In this document: piece by piece, positions 1 to 11,056 of the stretch
Numbering within the stretch: position 1 is the first letter of the stretch
Layout of the letters: each line of letters begins with the position of its first letter
Source of the DNA: an uncultured Gemmatimonadales bacterium
Lineage (GTDB): Bacteria; Gemmatimonadota; Gemmatimonadetes; Gemmatimonadales; GWC2-71-9
DNA length: 64,000 bases
Assembly (NCBI GenBank): GCA_963798915.1
Contig: CAWCVB010000002.1
Coordinates: 720,223 to 784,222 of the forward strand
Reading direction: 5' to 3'
Notes under the pieces: model-generated
What the model was told of the DNA's origin: nothing
Database searches by the model: none
What the model saw: only the letters and a program-made list of their open reading frames with translations
Translations under genes and position numbers: made by a program

Positions 1-44
1 CCGGATCCGAGTATCACCCTTGCGACGCAGGAGGTAGCCGGACG

Positions 45-2159
45 ATGCAGATCGAGGCGGACGGCCCTCAGCGGCGGCAGCGCCGCGCGCCCCATCTGGT
101 CCTTACGCCCGGCCGGATTGCGACCGGGTACCTCGTCGCCGCGATGGCCTGGATCCTCTTCAGCGACCGCGCGGCGATCCTGGCAGCGCACGGCAGTCCC
201 GCACTGCTCTCCCACATTCAATCCATCAAGGGGCTGGTGTTCATCGCCGGCACCGCGGCGCTCCTCTACGCGCTCATGCGGGCGGCGCGTCGCGAGCTGA
301 TGGCGAGCGAGGCACGGCATCGCGAAATGTTCGAGTTGTCGGGCGCCGTCTGCCTTCTCATCGACGTGTCCAGCGGCCGCATCGTGGAAGCTAATCCCGC
401 CGCCTCGACCTTCTACGGCTGGTCCCGCGAGCAGCTGCTGGCGCGCCGCATCCAGGATATCAATACGCTCCCTTCGGAGCGCGTCACCGACCTGCTGAGT
501 GTCGCGAACCGGCCGGGCGGTGAGCACTTCATGTTCCAACATCGCACCGCGCACGGCGAGGTCCGCGATGTCGAAGTCCACACCGGCCCGGTCGTGGTGG
601 ATGGCCGCCCGATGCTCTTCTCCATCATCCACGACATGACCGCCCGCGTGGCGGCGGAGCGTGCCCTCGAGGAGAGCGAGGAGCGCTACCGGACGCTGCT
701 GGCCGAGGCGCCTGATGGATTCTTCGTGGCGCGTCCCGATGGCCGTCTGGTCGACGTCAACCCTGCCGCCTGCGTCATGCTCGGCTACGATCGCGCCGAG
801 CTCCTGGCGCTCCGGGTGCAGGCGCTGGTCGATCCCGCCGATTTCGAACGGCAGGCCGGCCACTGGCCCGACCTCGAGGACGGCCGGCACGTGATCGAGG
901 AGCGGCACCTTCGGCGCAAGGATGGGACGCTCATTCCAGTGGAGGTCTCCGCCCGGCGTCGCGATGATGGCCTGCTTCAGACGCTGGCACGCGACATCAG
1001 CACGCGCCGGACACTGGAGGAGCAGTTGCGGCAGGCGCAGAAGATGGAGGCCGTGGGCCAGCTCACTGGCGGCATCGCCCACGACCTGAACAACGTGCTT
1101 GGTGTGGTGATCGCCAACGCGGACCTGATCCGCCATGCGCTCAAGCCGGGCCAGGATGAGGCGCGCGGGGACCTGGATGAAATCCGGCGTGCAGCGCACC
1201 GGGGCGCGGAGATGATCCGGAAGTTGCTGGGCTTCAGCCGGCAGTCGGCGCTGGAACTCACCCCGGTGGACCTGGGTGGCAGCGTTTCGGAGATCATGAG
1301 CACGCTGCGGCGCCTGCTGCCGAGCGATATCAGGGTGGAGCTGGAGGGAGCGGTGGCAGGCATCGCTGTTCGCGCCGATCGCGGGGCTCTTGAGCAGATC
1401 CTCGTCAACCTGGCCACCAACGCCCGCGACGCGATGCCGGATGGCGGCCAGCTCCAGATCTGCATCTCGCGCGAACTGAAAGGCCCCGATGGCGAGATGG
1501 CGTGCGTCACCGTTGCCGACACGGGGCATGGGATGAATCGGGAAGTACGAAACCGGGTCTTCGAGCCATTTTTCACCACCAAGCCGCCCGATCGGGGATC
1601 GGGGCTTGGCATGGCGATGGTCTATGGCCTGGTGCGACAGATGGCGGGGACGATACAGCTGGACAGTGTGCCGGGCCGTGGCACCACCATCCGGCTCTGC
1701 TTTCCGGCGCTGCCGATGGCCGCCAAGCCGAACGACTTGCGGACCGGGGCGGATGCGCTGCCGCACGGCGATGAATTGATCCTGGTGGTGGAGGACGAGG
1801 TTTCCCTGCGGGCGGCGACGGCCCGCATTCTTCGGCGGCTCGGCTATTCAGTGCTGACCGCGGGCGACGGCGAGGAGGCCCTGGACATCTTCCGACTTCA
1901 GCACGAGCACATACAACTGGTCATTTCCGACATCGTCATGCCACGCAAGAGCGGACTGGCGCTGTATGACGCGCTGCGGTCAGGCGGCTCCAACGTGCCC
2001 TTCCTCCTCTCCAGCGGGTATGCCGGCCAGATGCACCAGCGCGCCGAAGGTCCCGGAGCGCCGCCAATGCTCAGAAAGCCATGGTCGACCGAGGAACTCG
2101 CCCTGAAGGTTCGGGAAATGCTGGACCAGGCACCAAGCGCTCAGACGGTTGAACCATAG
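45..2159 (+). CDS. Hybrid sensor histidine kinase (2 TM, PAS-PAS, HisKA, HATPase, receiver)
   Basis: EEQLRQAQKMEAVGQLTGGIAHDLNN H-box; FEPFFTTK and GSGLGM G-boxes; C-terminal ILVVEDE...SDIVMP...KP receiver; GGAGG RBS upstream. Confidence 0.93.
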   Translation: MQIEADGPQRRQRRAPHLVLTPGRIATGYLVAAMAWILFSDRAAILAAHGSPALLSHIQSIKGLVFIAGTAALLYALMRAARRELMASEARHREMFELSGAVCLLIDVSSGRIVEANPAASTFYGWSREQLLARRIQDINTLPSERVTDLLSVANRPGGEHFMFQHRTAHGEVRDVEVHTGPVVVDGRPMLFSIIHDMTARVAAERALEESEERYRTLLAEAPDGFFVARPDGRLVDVNPAACVMLGYDRAELLALRVQALVDPADFERQAGHWPDLEDGRHVIEERHLRRKDGTLIPVEVSARRRDDGLLQTLARDISTRRTLEEQLRQAQKMEAVGQLTGGIAHDLNNVLGVVIANADLIRHALKPGQDEARGDLDEIRRAAHRGAEMIRKLLGFSRQSALELTPVDLGGSVSEIMSTLRRLLPSDIRVELEGAVAGIAVRADRGALEQILVNLATNARDAMPDGGQLQICISRELKGPDGEMACVTVADTGHGMNREVRNRVFEPFFTTKPPDRGSGLGMAMVYGLVRQMAGTIQLDSVPGRGTTIRLCFPALPMAAKPNDLRTGADALPHGDELILVVEDEVSLRAATARILRRLGYSVLTAGDGEEALDIFRLQHEHIQLVISDIVMPRKSGLALYDALRSGGSNVPFLLSSGYAGQMHQRAEGPGAPPMLRKPWSTEELALKVREMLDQAPSAQTVEP

Positions 2160-3283
2160 GTTCGTCCCTTCCACTCCACCCGGCGTCCGCCACGCCAGAT
2201 GGATCGCATCACAATTCCCAGCGCCACCGCTCCACCCACCGGTGCCAGCAACCCGTACCAGGCGGGAATCCGCATGGTGGCAGAGACGGCCGCCCAGTAG
2301 AGCAGTCCCGCGCCGGCGGCGATCGCGGCTGGCGCCACGAGGGCGGGCCATGCGCCAACCAGCGCGGCCGCCAGAGCCAGCACCGGAACCATCCAGAACC
2401 CGATGGCAAGGAGCAGCGCCGGCGCCACCAGTGCGCGCAGCAGCGGCTCATCCGCAAAGGACTGGCGGCCGCCAAGGTAGATGTTTTTCGACCAGCCCTC
2501 GATCAGGTGTGCGAGATCGTGGTACATCCGGGTTTCCATGAGCGAGCGTGCAAACGCAAACCAGATGCGCCGGCCCGAGGCATGGGCCCGCTGCGCCAGC
2601 TCGAGATCCTCGGCCACCGCGTGCCGAACCGCCTCGTGCGTGCCCACGGCTTCGTAGTCCTCGCGCCGCATGAGGATGAACTGGCCATTCGCGATCAGGT
2701 CGCGCGGGTTGCGGGCCCGATTCACCATGTCAGGATGAAACCGGAAGCCCAGCAATGCCCAGATCTGGGGCATCACGACCCGCTCCCAGAAGGTCACGCA
2801 GCGAAGGTGCGGCGCCACGGTAATCAGCTCGCCCTTGCCCGCCTCGAGCGCTCCCAGCGCGTGCGGAAGCAGCATCGGCTGGTGACGGGTGTCGGCGTCG
2901 GTGAAGAGCAGTATCGCTCCACGGGATTCGCGGTAGCCCTGCAGGCATGCCCATGGCTTGCCGTACCAGCCGGGTGGGAGCGGGGCCCCGTGGACGAGTC
3001 GAGTGGCAACGGTCGACCCGAGTTGCGCCACCACGTCTGCGGTGCCGTCAGTGGACCGGTCATCCACCACAATCACTTCCACATTCCGATACGCGGAGCC
3101 AAGGACCGACGTGACGGCCGTTGCGATCGTGCGGGATTCGTTGCGGGCAGGAATGATGACGCTGACCAGCGGTCCTGTGAGGGCGGGCGCCACATCTTCC
3201 AGGCGGGGGCGGACCCGCAGCAGGCGCACGAGCATGCCGCACGCCGCCAGCCATGGCAGCGCAAGGAGCAGCGTCCAGGTCAC
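2141..3283 (-). CDS. Membrane glycosyltransferase family 2 (carotenoid/hopanoid glycosyltransferase-like)
   Basis: VSVIIPARNE, VDDRSTDGT, PPGWYGKPWAC, LFTDAD, AEDL motifs; C-terminal TM helices and WKGR end. Confidence 0.88.
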   Translation of the reverse strand: MTWTLLLALPWLAACGMLVRLLRVRPRLEDVAPALTGPLVSVIIPARNESRTIATAVTSVLGSAYRNVEVIVVDDRSTDGTADVVAQLGSTVATRLVHGAPLPPGWYGKPWACLQGYRESRGAILLFTDADTRHQPMLLPHALGALEAGKGELITVAPHLRCVTFWERVVMPQIWALLGFRFHPDMVNRARNPRDLIANGQFILMRREDYEAVGTHEAVRHAVAEDLELAQRAHASGRRIWFAFARSLMETRMYHDLAHLIEGWSKNIYLGGRQSFADEPLLRALVAPALLLAIGFWMVPVLALAAALVGAWPALVAPAAIAAGAGLLYWAAVSATMRIPAWYGLLAPVGGAVALGIVMRSIWRGGRRVEWKGRTYGSTV

Positions 3284-3294
3284 CCCAGGGTCCG

Positions 3295-3852
3295 TCAGCG
3301 CGATCCGCTGATGGAGGCGAGCTCGCCCTCGAGAGTCCTCAGCCAGCGCTCGGCGTCGTCCGGCTCGCCGTGGCCGTTCTGCACGGGTACGCCATTGCGT
3401 CCCAGCATGGTGGCGACCAGTGCGTCAGTGTAGCCCACGACCGCCGAGGCGATGCCGTGATCCAGCACCCGGTTGAGCCGGAGCAGGATCGCCATGCCCT
3501 GGCGGGCGCGCATTGCAGCAACCACGGGAGCCAGGCGACGGGTGAGAATATCGCGGAGATGCAGCAGCTCCTCGACTACTTCGCCGGCCGACAGGCCGCG
3601 AATGGATGCGTTGCGACCATATTGTTCACAGGCCCGGCGCCACATCGGTCGCGCTTCGCGACGCAGCGGGCCAATCATCTGAGCAAGAATATCAACCAGC
3701 AGCCGCAACTCCCGTTCGACCGTGGAACGCGGTATCGTGGGGGCGGCAGTGATGCGATCGCCGAGCCGGCCAGCCCATTCAGCGACGAGATCGTCGCGGG
3801 AATCCATGATCAGGCGGCCAGCAGCGAGCAACGCGGGTGGCGAGGCGCGCAC
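3295..3852 (-). CDS. Hypothetical helical protein, RsbRD N-terminal/globin-like sensor domain possible
   Basis: DDLVAEW...YGRNASIRGLSAGEVVEELLHLRDIL pattern typical of RsbRD_N-like domains; directly upstream of and co-oriented with the GT2. Confidence 0.55.
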   Translation of the reverse strand: MRASPPALLAAGRLIMDSRDDLVAEWAGRLGDRITAAPTIPRSTVERELRLLVDILAQMIGPLRREARPMWRRACEQYGRNASIRGLSAGEVVEELLHLRDILTRRLAPVVAAMRARQGMAILLRLNRVLDHGIASAVVGYTDALVATMLGRNGVPVQNGHGEPDDAERWLRTLEGELASISGSR

Positions 3853-3913
3853 AGCCGTACTCCTTCACGCTGATTTGAGCGAAAAAACCTTCGGAAGCTA
3901 TAAGGAATGAGCC

Positions 3914-4882
3914 ATGGGGTCAAAGATCACTGTCCGGCCTCCACGGCTCCGGCCCGGCATCCGAGTGGCGCTCGTGGCGCCCGCCGGCCCTTTGCCTGAA
4001 CTCGATGATCTGACCCGCGCTGCCGAACTCTGCCGGGCCCTCGGCTGGGAGCCCCTGGTCGCGCCACACGCCGGCGCCCAGCATGGGTACCTCGCCGGCA
4101 CGGACGCCGAGCGACTCGGCGATCTCAACGACGCGCTGGCCGACACCACCGTGGGCGCCATCTGGTGCATTCGCGGCGGGTATGGCCTGACCCGCATTCT
4201 TGCCGGCGTGGACTACACCGCCGCCCGCAGTCATCCCAAGGTGGTGCTCGGCTTCAGCGATGTCACTGCGCTGCTGCTGGCCCTGCACCAGCAGGCAGGG
4301 CTCATCACTTTTCATGGACCGCTTGCCTTCCATTCCATGTCGGCGTTCACCCGGGCGCATCTGGAATCAGTGGTGACCGCGCCGGCGCCGGCCGGAGGCC
4401 TGCGGCCACCCGATCCGCCAGCCGGTCTGCTGGTGCCGCAGGCCGAGCGGATCATCTCGCTCGTGGGCGGTATGGCCGAAGGGCCGCTGGTCGGCGGGAA
4501 CCTGTCCCTGCTCCAGTGCCTCATCGGGACGCCGTTTCTCCCCGCGCTTGATGGCGCCATCCTCTTTCTCGAGGATGTCGGCGAGGAACTCTATCGGATT
4601 GACCGGATCCTTTCGCATCTCCGGCTCGCCGGCCTGCTTCAGCGAGTGGCCGGGGTGGCGCTGGGCCGGTTCACCGAGATGAATCGGCGGGGAAGCGAAG
4701 CCGCCACCGGTCTCGATCGCGTGCTCAGCGATTATCTCCTTCCGTTGCGGATCCCGGTCGTCATGGGCCTTCCCATCGGTCACGTCACCGACCAATGGAC
4801 GCTGCCCATCGGCGCGCGTGCGCGGCTGGACGGGAATGCGGGGACGCTCGAGCTGCTCGAGGCGGCGGTGAGTGGGGAGTAG
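3914..4882 (+). CDS. LD-carboxypeptidase, peptidase S66
   Basis: VALVAPAG, YLAGTDAERL, RGGYG, GFSDVT (catalytic Ser), FLEDVGE (Glu), PIGH (His). Confidence 0.92.
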   Translation: MGSKITVRPPRLRPGIRVALVAPAGPLPELDDLTRAAELCRALGWEPLVAPHAGAQHGYLAGTDAERLGDLNDALADTTVGAIWCIRGGYGLTRILAGVDYTAARSHPKVVLGFSDVTALLLALHQQAGLITFHGPLAFHSMSAFTRAHLESVVTAPAPAGGLRPPDPPAGLLVPQAERIISLVGGMAEGPLVGGNLSLLQCLIGTPFLPALDGAILFLEDVGEELYRIDRILSHLRLAGLLQRVAGVALGRFTEMNRRGSEAATGLDRVLSDYLLPLRIPVVMGLPIGHVTDQWTLPIGARARLDGNAGTLELLEAAVSGE

Positions 4883-4975
4883 GGATCAGGGAGCGGGGGT
4901 CAGGGGCCAGGGGAACCCTCCGTTCCCAGTCCTTGACCCCGAGCCGCCAGCCCTGGTCCCTCACCCTTGGTCCAT
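4868..4975. repeat. Degenerate heptamer array with inverted arms between convergent genes
   Basis: G-rich arm (AGGGATC, GGGGGTC, AGGGGCC) followed by C-rich arm (TGACCCC, TGGTCCC); overlaps both stop codons. Confidence 0.7.
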
Positions 4976-7900
4976 CATCGTGACCTCGACCGGTTCCTGG
5001 TCCCGCAGGACCTCCCGCACCGCCAGGTGCGGCTGCCGGGCGAGCTGCCGTCGGCGCCAGAGCAGGTAGATCGCGGGAATGACCGCGAGGGTGAGCACGC
5101 TGGCGGTGAGCATGCCACCCACCATGGGCGAGGCGATCCGTCGCATGACGTCCGCCCCCGTTCCTGAACTCCAGAGGATCGGCGCCAGGCCGGCGATGAT
5201 GGCGGTGACCGTCATGACCACAGGGCGGAGCCGCTCCAGCGCGCCGTCCCGGACCGCCGCCACAACATCGGCTGGGCCCTGCATGCGCCCTTCCAGGCTG
5301 CGGCGGTGGAACGCCTCATCCAGGTAGATGAGCATCACGACGCCGGTCTCCGCCGCGACTCCGGCCAGCGCGATAAAGCCGACCCAGACTGCCACACTGG
5401 TGTTGTAGCCCAGCCCCCAGAGGAACCACACGCCGCCCACCAGCGCGAACGGCAGCGCCAGCATCACGATGAGCGCCTCGGGGACGCTCCTGAAGTTGAA
5501 ATAGAGAAGCAGGAAGATGATCCCGAGGGTGACGGGAACCACGGTGCGCATCTTGTGGGCGACCCGCTGCATGAACTCGTACTGCCCGCTCCAGACCAGC
5601 GTATATCCGCTGGGCAGCGTAAGCTGCGCGGGCCACCGCCTGCTGCGCATCGCGCACATAGCTGCCCACGTCGCGCTCGCCGTTGTCCACGAAGATCGTG
5701 GTCACCGGGAATGCGTTCTCGGTCTTGACCGCCATCGGTCCCTGGACGATGCGGACCGCGGCCACCTGGCCCAGCGGAATCTGCCGGCCGCCCATGGCGG
5801 GCACCACCACTTCCTTGAGCTTCTCGACGTTGTCCCGCAGCTCCCGGGGATAGCGCACGTTGACGGCATACCGCTCGCGCCCCTCAACGGTCATGGCGGC
5901 GGTGAGGCCGCCGACGGTGGCCATGATGGCGTTGTGGATATCACCCACGTTGAGTCCGTAGCGCGCCGCCTCGGTCCGGTCGACGTCGATGTCAACGTAA
6001 TAGCCGGACACGCCGCGTTCGGCAAAGGCGCTTCGGGTGCCGGGTACGCGCTGCATGATGCGCTCGACCCGCTCACCCAGCATCTGGAGCGTATCAAGGT
6101 CGGGACCGAAGATCTTGATGCCGACGGGGGTGCGGATGCCGGTGGCCAGCATGTCGATCCGTCCCTTGATGGGCATGGTCCAGGCGTTGGTCACGCCCGG
6201 CATCCGGGTGGCCCGGTCCATGGCAGCCACGATCCGCTCATAGGTGAGCCCGGGGCGCCATTCCGACTCGGGCTTCAGCGTCACGGTCGTCTCATACATG
6301 TCCAGCGGGGCAGGGTCAGTGGCCGTTGACGCGCGGCCCACCTTGCCCAGTACTCGTGTCGACTTCCGGGAACGATGCTAGCACGCTGTCCTGGTAGCGC
6401 ATGATGTCGCGTGCCTGCGCGATCGACACGCCGGGTACGGTCGTGGGCATGAAGAGGATCGTGCCCTCATGCAGCGGCGGCATGAACTCGCTGCCGAGGC
6501 GGCGCCACGGCAGAATCGTGAGCGCGAGCACGGCCACCGCTGACAGGATGACGGTCCACGGTCGTCGAAGCGCGAAGTCGATCACGGGCCGGTAGAGCCG
6601 CTGCAGGATGCGGTTGACCGGGTTCTCCCGCTCCGGGCGGATGTTTCCCCGGACCAGATATCCCATCAGCACGGGCACCAGCGTGATCGACAGCAACGCC
6701 GCTCCGGCCATCGCAAAGGTCTTGGTAAACGCCAGCGGCTTGAAGAGCCGGCCTTCCTGCTGCTCCAGGCTGAAGACCGGCAGGAAGCTGAAGGTGATGA
6801 TGAGCAGGGAAAAGAAGAGCGGCGGCCCCACCTGCTTGGCGCTCTCCAGCACGATCTCCCATCGCGACGTGCCCGGCTGCGCCCGCTCCAGGTGCTTGTG
6901 CATGTTCTCGATCATGACGATTGCCGCGTCCACCATGGCGCCGATGGCGATGGCGATGCCGCCCAGGCTCATGATGTTGGCATTCACCCCGATGGCGCGC
7001 ATCACCAGGAAGGAGATCAGGATGCCCAATGGCAGGGTGATGATCGCGACCAGCGCCGAGCGGAAATGCAGCAGGAAGAGCATGGCCACCGCGGCGACGA
7101 TCAGCGATTCTTCGATCAGCTTGTTCCGCAGGGTCTCGACCGCCCGGTGAATGAGGTCGCTGCGGTCGTAGGCGGTGACGAGGCGCACACCGGCCGGGAG
7201 GCCGCGTTGAATGTCGGCGAGACGCGCCTTGACTGCCTCGATGGTCTTGAGCGCATCGGAGCCGAAGCGCATGACCACAATGCCCGCCACCACCTCGCCC
7301 TTTCCATTGAGATCCGCCGCTCCCCGCCTCGGCGCTGGACCTACCTGAACATTGGCGACGTCGGCCACCCGGATGGGCGTCCCGTTCATGGTGGCGCCGA
7401 CGGTAACGTCCTCGATGTCGGCCACGCCCTGGAGATAGCCCAGGCCGCGGATCATGTACTCCCGTCCGCCCATTTCCAGCACGCGGGCGCCGATGTCCAC
7501 GTTGTGCGATCCGATTGCCTGTGCCACTCGTGTGACCGGGATGCTGAAGGCCCGCAGCCGCTCCGGGTCCACCTCCACTTGATACTGTTTCTGGAATCCG
7601 CCCAGGCTCGCCACTTCGGACACGCCGGGAACCGCGGTGAGCTGGTAACGGATGTACCAGTCCTGGAGCGTCCTGAGCTGCGCCAGGTCCAGACTGTCGG
7701 ACTCCAGCACGTACTCGAAGACCCAGCCCACGCCCGTGGCATCGGGACCCAGCGTCGGCTCCACCCCAGCGGGAAGGTTCTTCTGCACGCCATTCAGGTA
7801 CTCCAGCACCCGGCTGCGGGCCCAGTAGATGTCGGTGCCGTCCTCGAAGATCACGTACACAAGACTGAGCCCGAAGAACGAATAGCCCCGCACCACCCGC

Positions 7901-8136
7901 GCACCGGGCACCTTGAGCATCTCGGACGTGATGGGATAGGTGACCTGGTCCTCGACAATGCCCGGGGCCTGTTCAGCAAAGTCGGTCTGGATGATGACCT
8001 GGACGTCCGACAGGTCTGGAATGGCGTCGAGCGGGGTGCTGCGCATGGCCCATACACCGCCAGCGACCAGCGCGACGGTTGCCAGCAGGACCAGGAAGCG
8101 GTTCCGCAGCGACCAGGCAATGATGGCGTTAATCAT
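4961..8136 (-). CDS. cusA: CusA/CzcA heavy-metal RND efflux permease, interrupted by two +1 frameshifts (about 6355 and about 5631)
   Basis: LDAIPDLSDVQVIIQT, GPDATGVGWV, ANIMSLGGIAIAIGAMVDAAIV, TDPAPLDMYET, IKGRIDMLATGIRTPVGIK, GVAAETGVVM, GALERLRPVVMT spread over ORFs 6316..8136, 5316..6341 and 4961..5659. Confidence 0.92.
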
Positions 8137-9355
8137 GGGAATGTCCCGCCTCGGCGGATGACGGCGACGGATTCACATGCTGCATGCCCGGCATCGAGGC
8201 ACCGGTGGTACCCAGGCGCGATTCGGCGTCCACCAGGAAGTTGGCGGAGCCGACAATCATCTCTCCGTCCTGCAACCCGCTCAGGACCTGGACGCGCTCA
8301 CCCGCGCGGGCGCCGAGCACGATCTCGCGCGGCGAGAGCATGCCGCCCGAGTCGCGCACGAAGACCAGGTTCCGTTCACCGGTGGCGATCACGGCGGCCG
8401 TGGGCACCGAGAGGTACCGTTCGCTGAGGTCGGAGTCGAAGTAGATGGTGGCGAACATGCCCGGTTTGAGACGGAGGTCGCGGTTGGGCACCGTGACCCG
8501 CACCCGGTTGGTGCGGCTATGCACGTCCACCGTCGGATACACGAAGCTCACGCGTCCCATCACATGCTCGCCCGGGTAGGCCGACACCTCGATGTGCGCC
8601 TGGGTGCCGGTGCGAACGAACTTGAGGTCCTGCTCGAACATCTCGCCTTCCACCCAGACGTCGCGCAGGTCGGCGACGCGATAGAGCTTCTCGCCCGGCA
8701 TCACCCGCTGACCCAGCAGGACGTTCTTCTCCAGCACAATGCCATCGACCGGCGACACCAGCGCCAGCGTCTTGGTGACCTCGCCGGTCCGCTCCAACCG
8801 GGCGATCTGGCCCGGCGAGATATCCCACCATGCCAGCCGCCGCCGGGCGGATTCCAGCGTGGCCTGGGCGCCGATCCACGCCTCGCCGGCCGAGCTGTCC
8901 ACCGCCTGCGCCAGTCGCCGGGCCGTGAGGAACTCCTCCTGCGCGGCAACCAGGTCGGGACTATAGATCGAGAGCAGGGGCTGGCCCCGATGCACCGACT
9001 CGCCGGTGGTGTTGACGTCGAGTCGTTCGACATACCCGGTCACCTTGGGGGTGACATCGGCGACATTCTGCTCCGGCGCCAGAATTTCACCCACCGTGCG
9101 GATGGTTCTGGTGAGCGGTTCCCGCCCGACCCGGGTATAAGTCACGCCCAGCGCCTGCTCCTGCTGCGCTGTCAGATGCACCGGCTGGCGGACGGCGGCA
9201 CCCGTGCTGTCCATGGCACCCTGTGTCCCTCCCGCCTGCATTCGTGCATGCTCGTCGGGGGTCATCCCCGTCATGGTCGATCCTGGTTCGGGAGACTTGC
9301 CGCACCCGGTGATGCCCAGGGCCACGATCAGCGCCGCGCTCAGCATCGTTCTCAT
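8129..9355 (-). CDS. cusB: CusB-type RND periplasmic adaptor (lipoprotein)
   Basis: Lipobox ITGC; Met/His-rich termini; IYSPDLVAAQEEFL, SPVDGIV, LKPGMFA, ANFLVDAES motifs; upstream of cusA. Confidence 0.9.
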   Translation of the reverse strand: MRTMLSAALIVALGITGCGKSPEPGSTMTGMTPDEHARMQAGGTQGAMDSTGAAVRQPVHLTAQQEQALGVTYTRVGREPLTRTIRTVGEILAPEQNVADVTPKVTGYVERLDVNTTGESVHRGQPLLSIYSPDLVAAQEEFLTARRLAQAVDSSAGEAWIGAQATLESARRRLAWWDISPGQIARLERTGEVTKTLALVSPVDGIVLEKNVLLGQRVMPGEKLYRVADLRDVWVEGEMFEQDLKFVRTGTQAHIEVSAYPGEHVMGRVSFVYPTVDVHSRTNRVRVTVPNRDLRLKPGMFATIYFDSDLSERYLSVPTAAVIATGERNLVFVRDSGGMLSPREIVLGARAGERVQVLSGLQDGEMIVGSANFLVDAESRLGTTGASMPGMQHVNPSPSSAEAGHSHD

Positions 9356-10636
9356 CAGTCCAGTTCCTCCGTACCCAGCAAGGCGCCGATGCGTGCCCTG
9401 GCCTGCTGCCAGGATGCTGCGAGGCGCAACACATCGATCTCGTATTGATTCACGGTCATTTCATTCTGGATCAGCGTCTGGAAATCGACCCGGCCGACCC
9501 GGTACGCGGAGAGCGCCGACTCCACCGCGGCGCGCGCCTGGGGCAGGATCGCCGTTCGGTACAGATCGGCCAGCTGCCGTGCCTGTTCGGCCTCGGCGCG
9601 TTGCTCGGTCAATTGAGCCCAGGTCTCGTTGTAGAGATTCTGTGCGTTCGCCTCCGCCCGGGCCTGGGTGGCGGCCATCTCCCGACGCAGGGGGAGCTGG
9701 CGCTTGCCGGCCCAGATGGGAAGACTCACGCCCAGCGCGATACTGACCATGTCATCGAATTGGGGTCGCTGGCCGTAGCCCACGGAGAGCATCAGATCGG
9801 GGTAGAGAGTTCGGCGTGCCGCACGGTAGCCGGCGTGCGCGGCCTGCACTCGTTCGGAGGCGGCCGCCAGTGCGGGCCGGTGGCGCAGGGCGACCGCAAT
9901 GAGGGAGTCCGCTGATGGCAGCAGGTCTCCTGGCGCTGGAAGGACCAATGCACCGACTGGCTCGGTTGCGTTCCGGCCCAGCAGCGCGTTGAACCGGGCC
10001 GCCGTCGCCTCACGCTGCTGCTCGAGCGTGGCGATGTCGCCACTCATCCGGGCGATGGCCACCTGGGCCTGCAGTACGTCCTGCTGCAGGCCCTCGCCGC
10101 TCGCGTATCGACTCTGGGAGACCCGGAAGAAATCGCGCAGCAGATCCCGGGTCCGATTCATCACCGTGAGTGCCCGGTCCATGGAAGCCAGTGCATAGTA
10201 GGAGACGGTGACCTGGGCGGTGAGCTGCAGGTCGGCCTCATCGGCCTCCAGCGCCCCGGCGCGCGAGAGATGCACCGATTGGTCCCGCTCCAGGCCGAGC
10301 TTGCCCGGCCAGGGCAGCATCTGGGTCACGGTCGCCTGATTCATGGTCATCGCCTCGCCGGTGCCAAATCCGGTTATCGGGCGGTTCATGAGTCCCAAGG
10401 TGAGCCGCGGGTCTGGAAGGACCCCCATGCGGGACGCCCGTTCCGCATCGGCCAGCGCCGTGCTGCGCGCGGCCTTGAGCGCCGGGTTCTGCTGGTGGGC
10501 GAGACGCACGGCGTCGTCCAGTCGCAGGGTGTCACCGGCCGAGCATCTGCGCAGCAAGTCGAGCCGGGCTCAGCAGGGCGATCGTGAACACCAGGCCCAG
10601 AGACAGCGGGCCGGTGCATAGTCTTGGCAGGGACAT
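9355..10636 (-). CDS. TolC/CusC-family outer-membrane efflux protein, frameshift about 10545 just after the signal peptide
   Basis: ATG 10636 with GAGGAG RBS gives signal peptide MSLPRLCTGPLSLGLVFTIALLSPARLAAQ; body (LPDPRL, QMLPWPGKL, SLPIW, AYRVGRVDF) is in ORF 9355..10557; stop overlaps cusB start. Confidence 0.85.
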
Positions 10637-10723
10637 ACCTCTCCTCGTCCGCGAGCGATGATTGAGCGTAGGACCCGGCGCGCCGACCTTCGACGCGACG
10701 GGACACACATCAACTGGGAGAGG

Positions 10724-11056
10724 TCAGGCTTGGGGAGGCGGTGGGAGCGGTGCGGCGACGTCGGCCGGGAGGAGTCGGTCGGTATCCTCGACCGAGATAC
10801 GATGCACAGGCATGGCAAACAACACGGTCAGCACTGATGGCAGCCCAGCCGCCGAAGGCAGGTTGCATGGGGTCGGCATGGAGCATTCGGTCGAGGATGG
10901 CGCGCTTGGCATCGTTGGCATGTGACCACGTGCTGTCGCCGCCTGGTGGCAGGCAGCGGCGGGCGCCATGCGGCACAGCGCCGGGGTGGCGACTGAGAAC
11001 AGCTGCGCCACGAACAACAGAGCTGTCAGCATCCGAGCAATCAGCACGAGCCGCAC
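10724..11056 (-). CDS. Small exported Cys/His/Met-rich leader protein with poly-Pro C-terminus (DUF2946/CruR-like candidate)
   Basis: N-terminal hydrophobic segment, CRMAPAAACHQ...HMPTMP...CSMPTPC, ends APLPPPPQA; first gene of the efflux operon. Confidence 0.6.
   Translation of the reverse strand: MRLVLIARMLTALLFVAQLFSVATPALCRMAPAAACHQAATARGHMPTMPSAPSSTECSMPTPCNLPSAAGLPSVLTVLFAMPVHRISVEDTDRLLPADVAAPLPPPPQA

Noticed and set aside
5316..6360. Programmed ribosomal frameshifting in cusA
   Set aside because: No slippery heptamer or stimulatory structure at either site; scattered indels elsewhere favour error or decay
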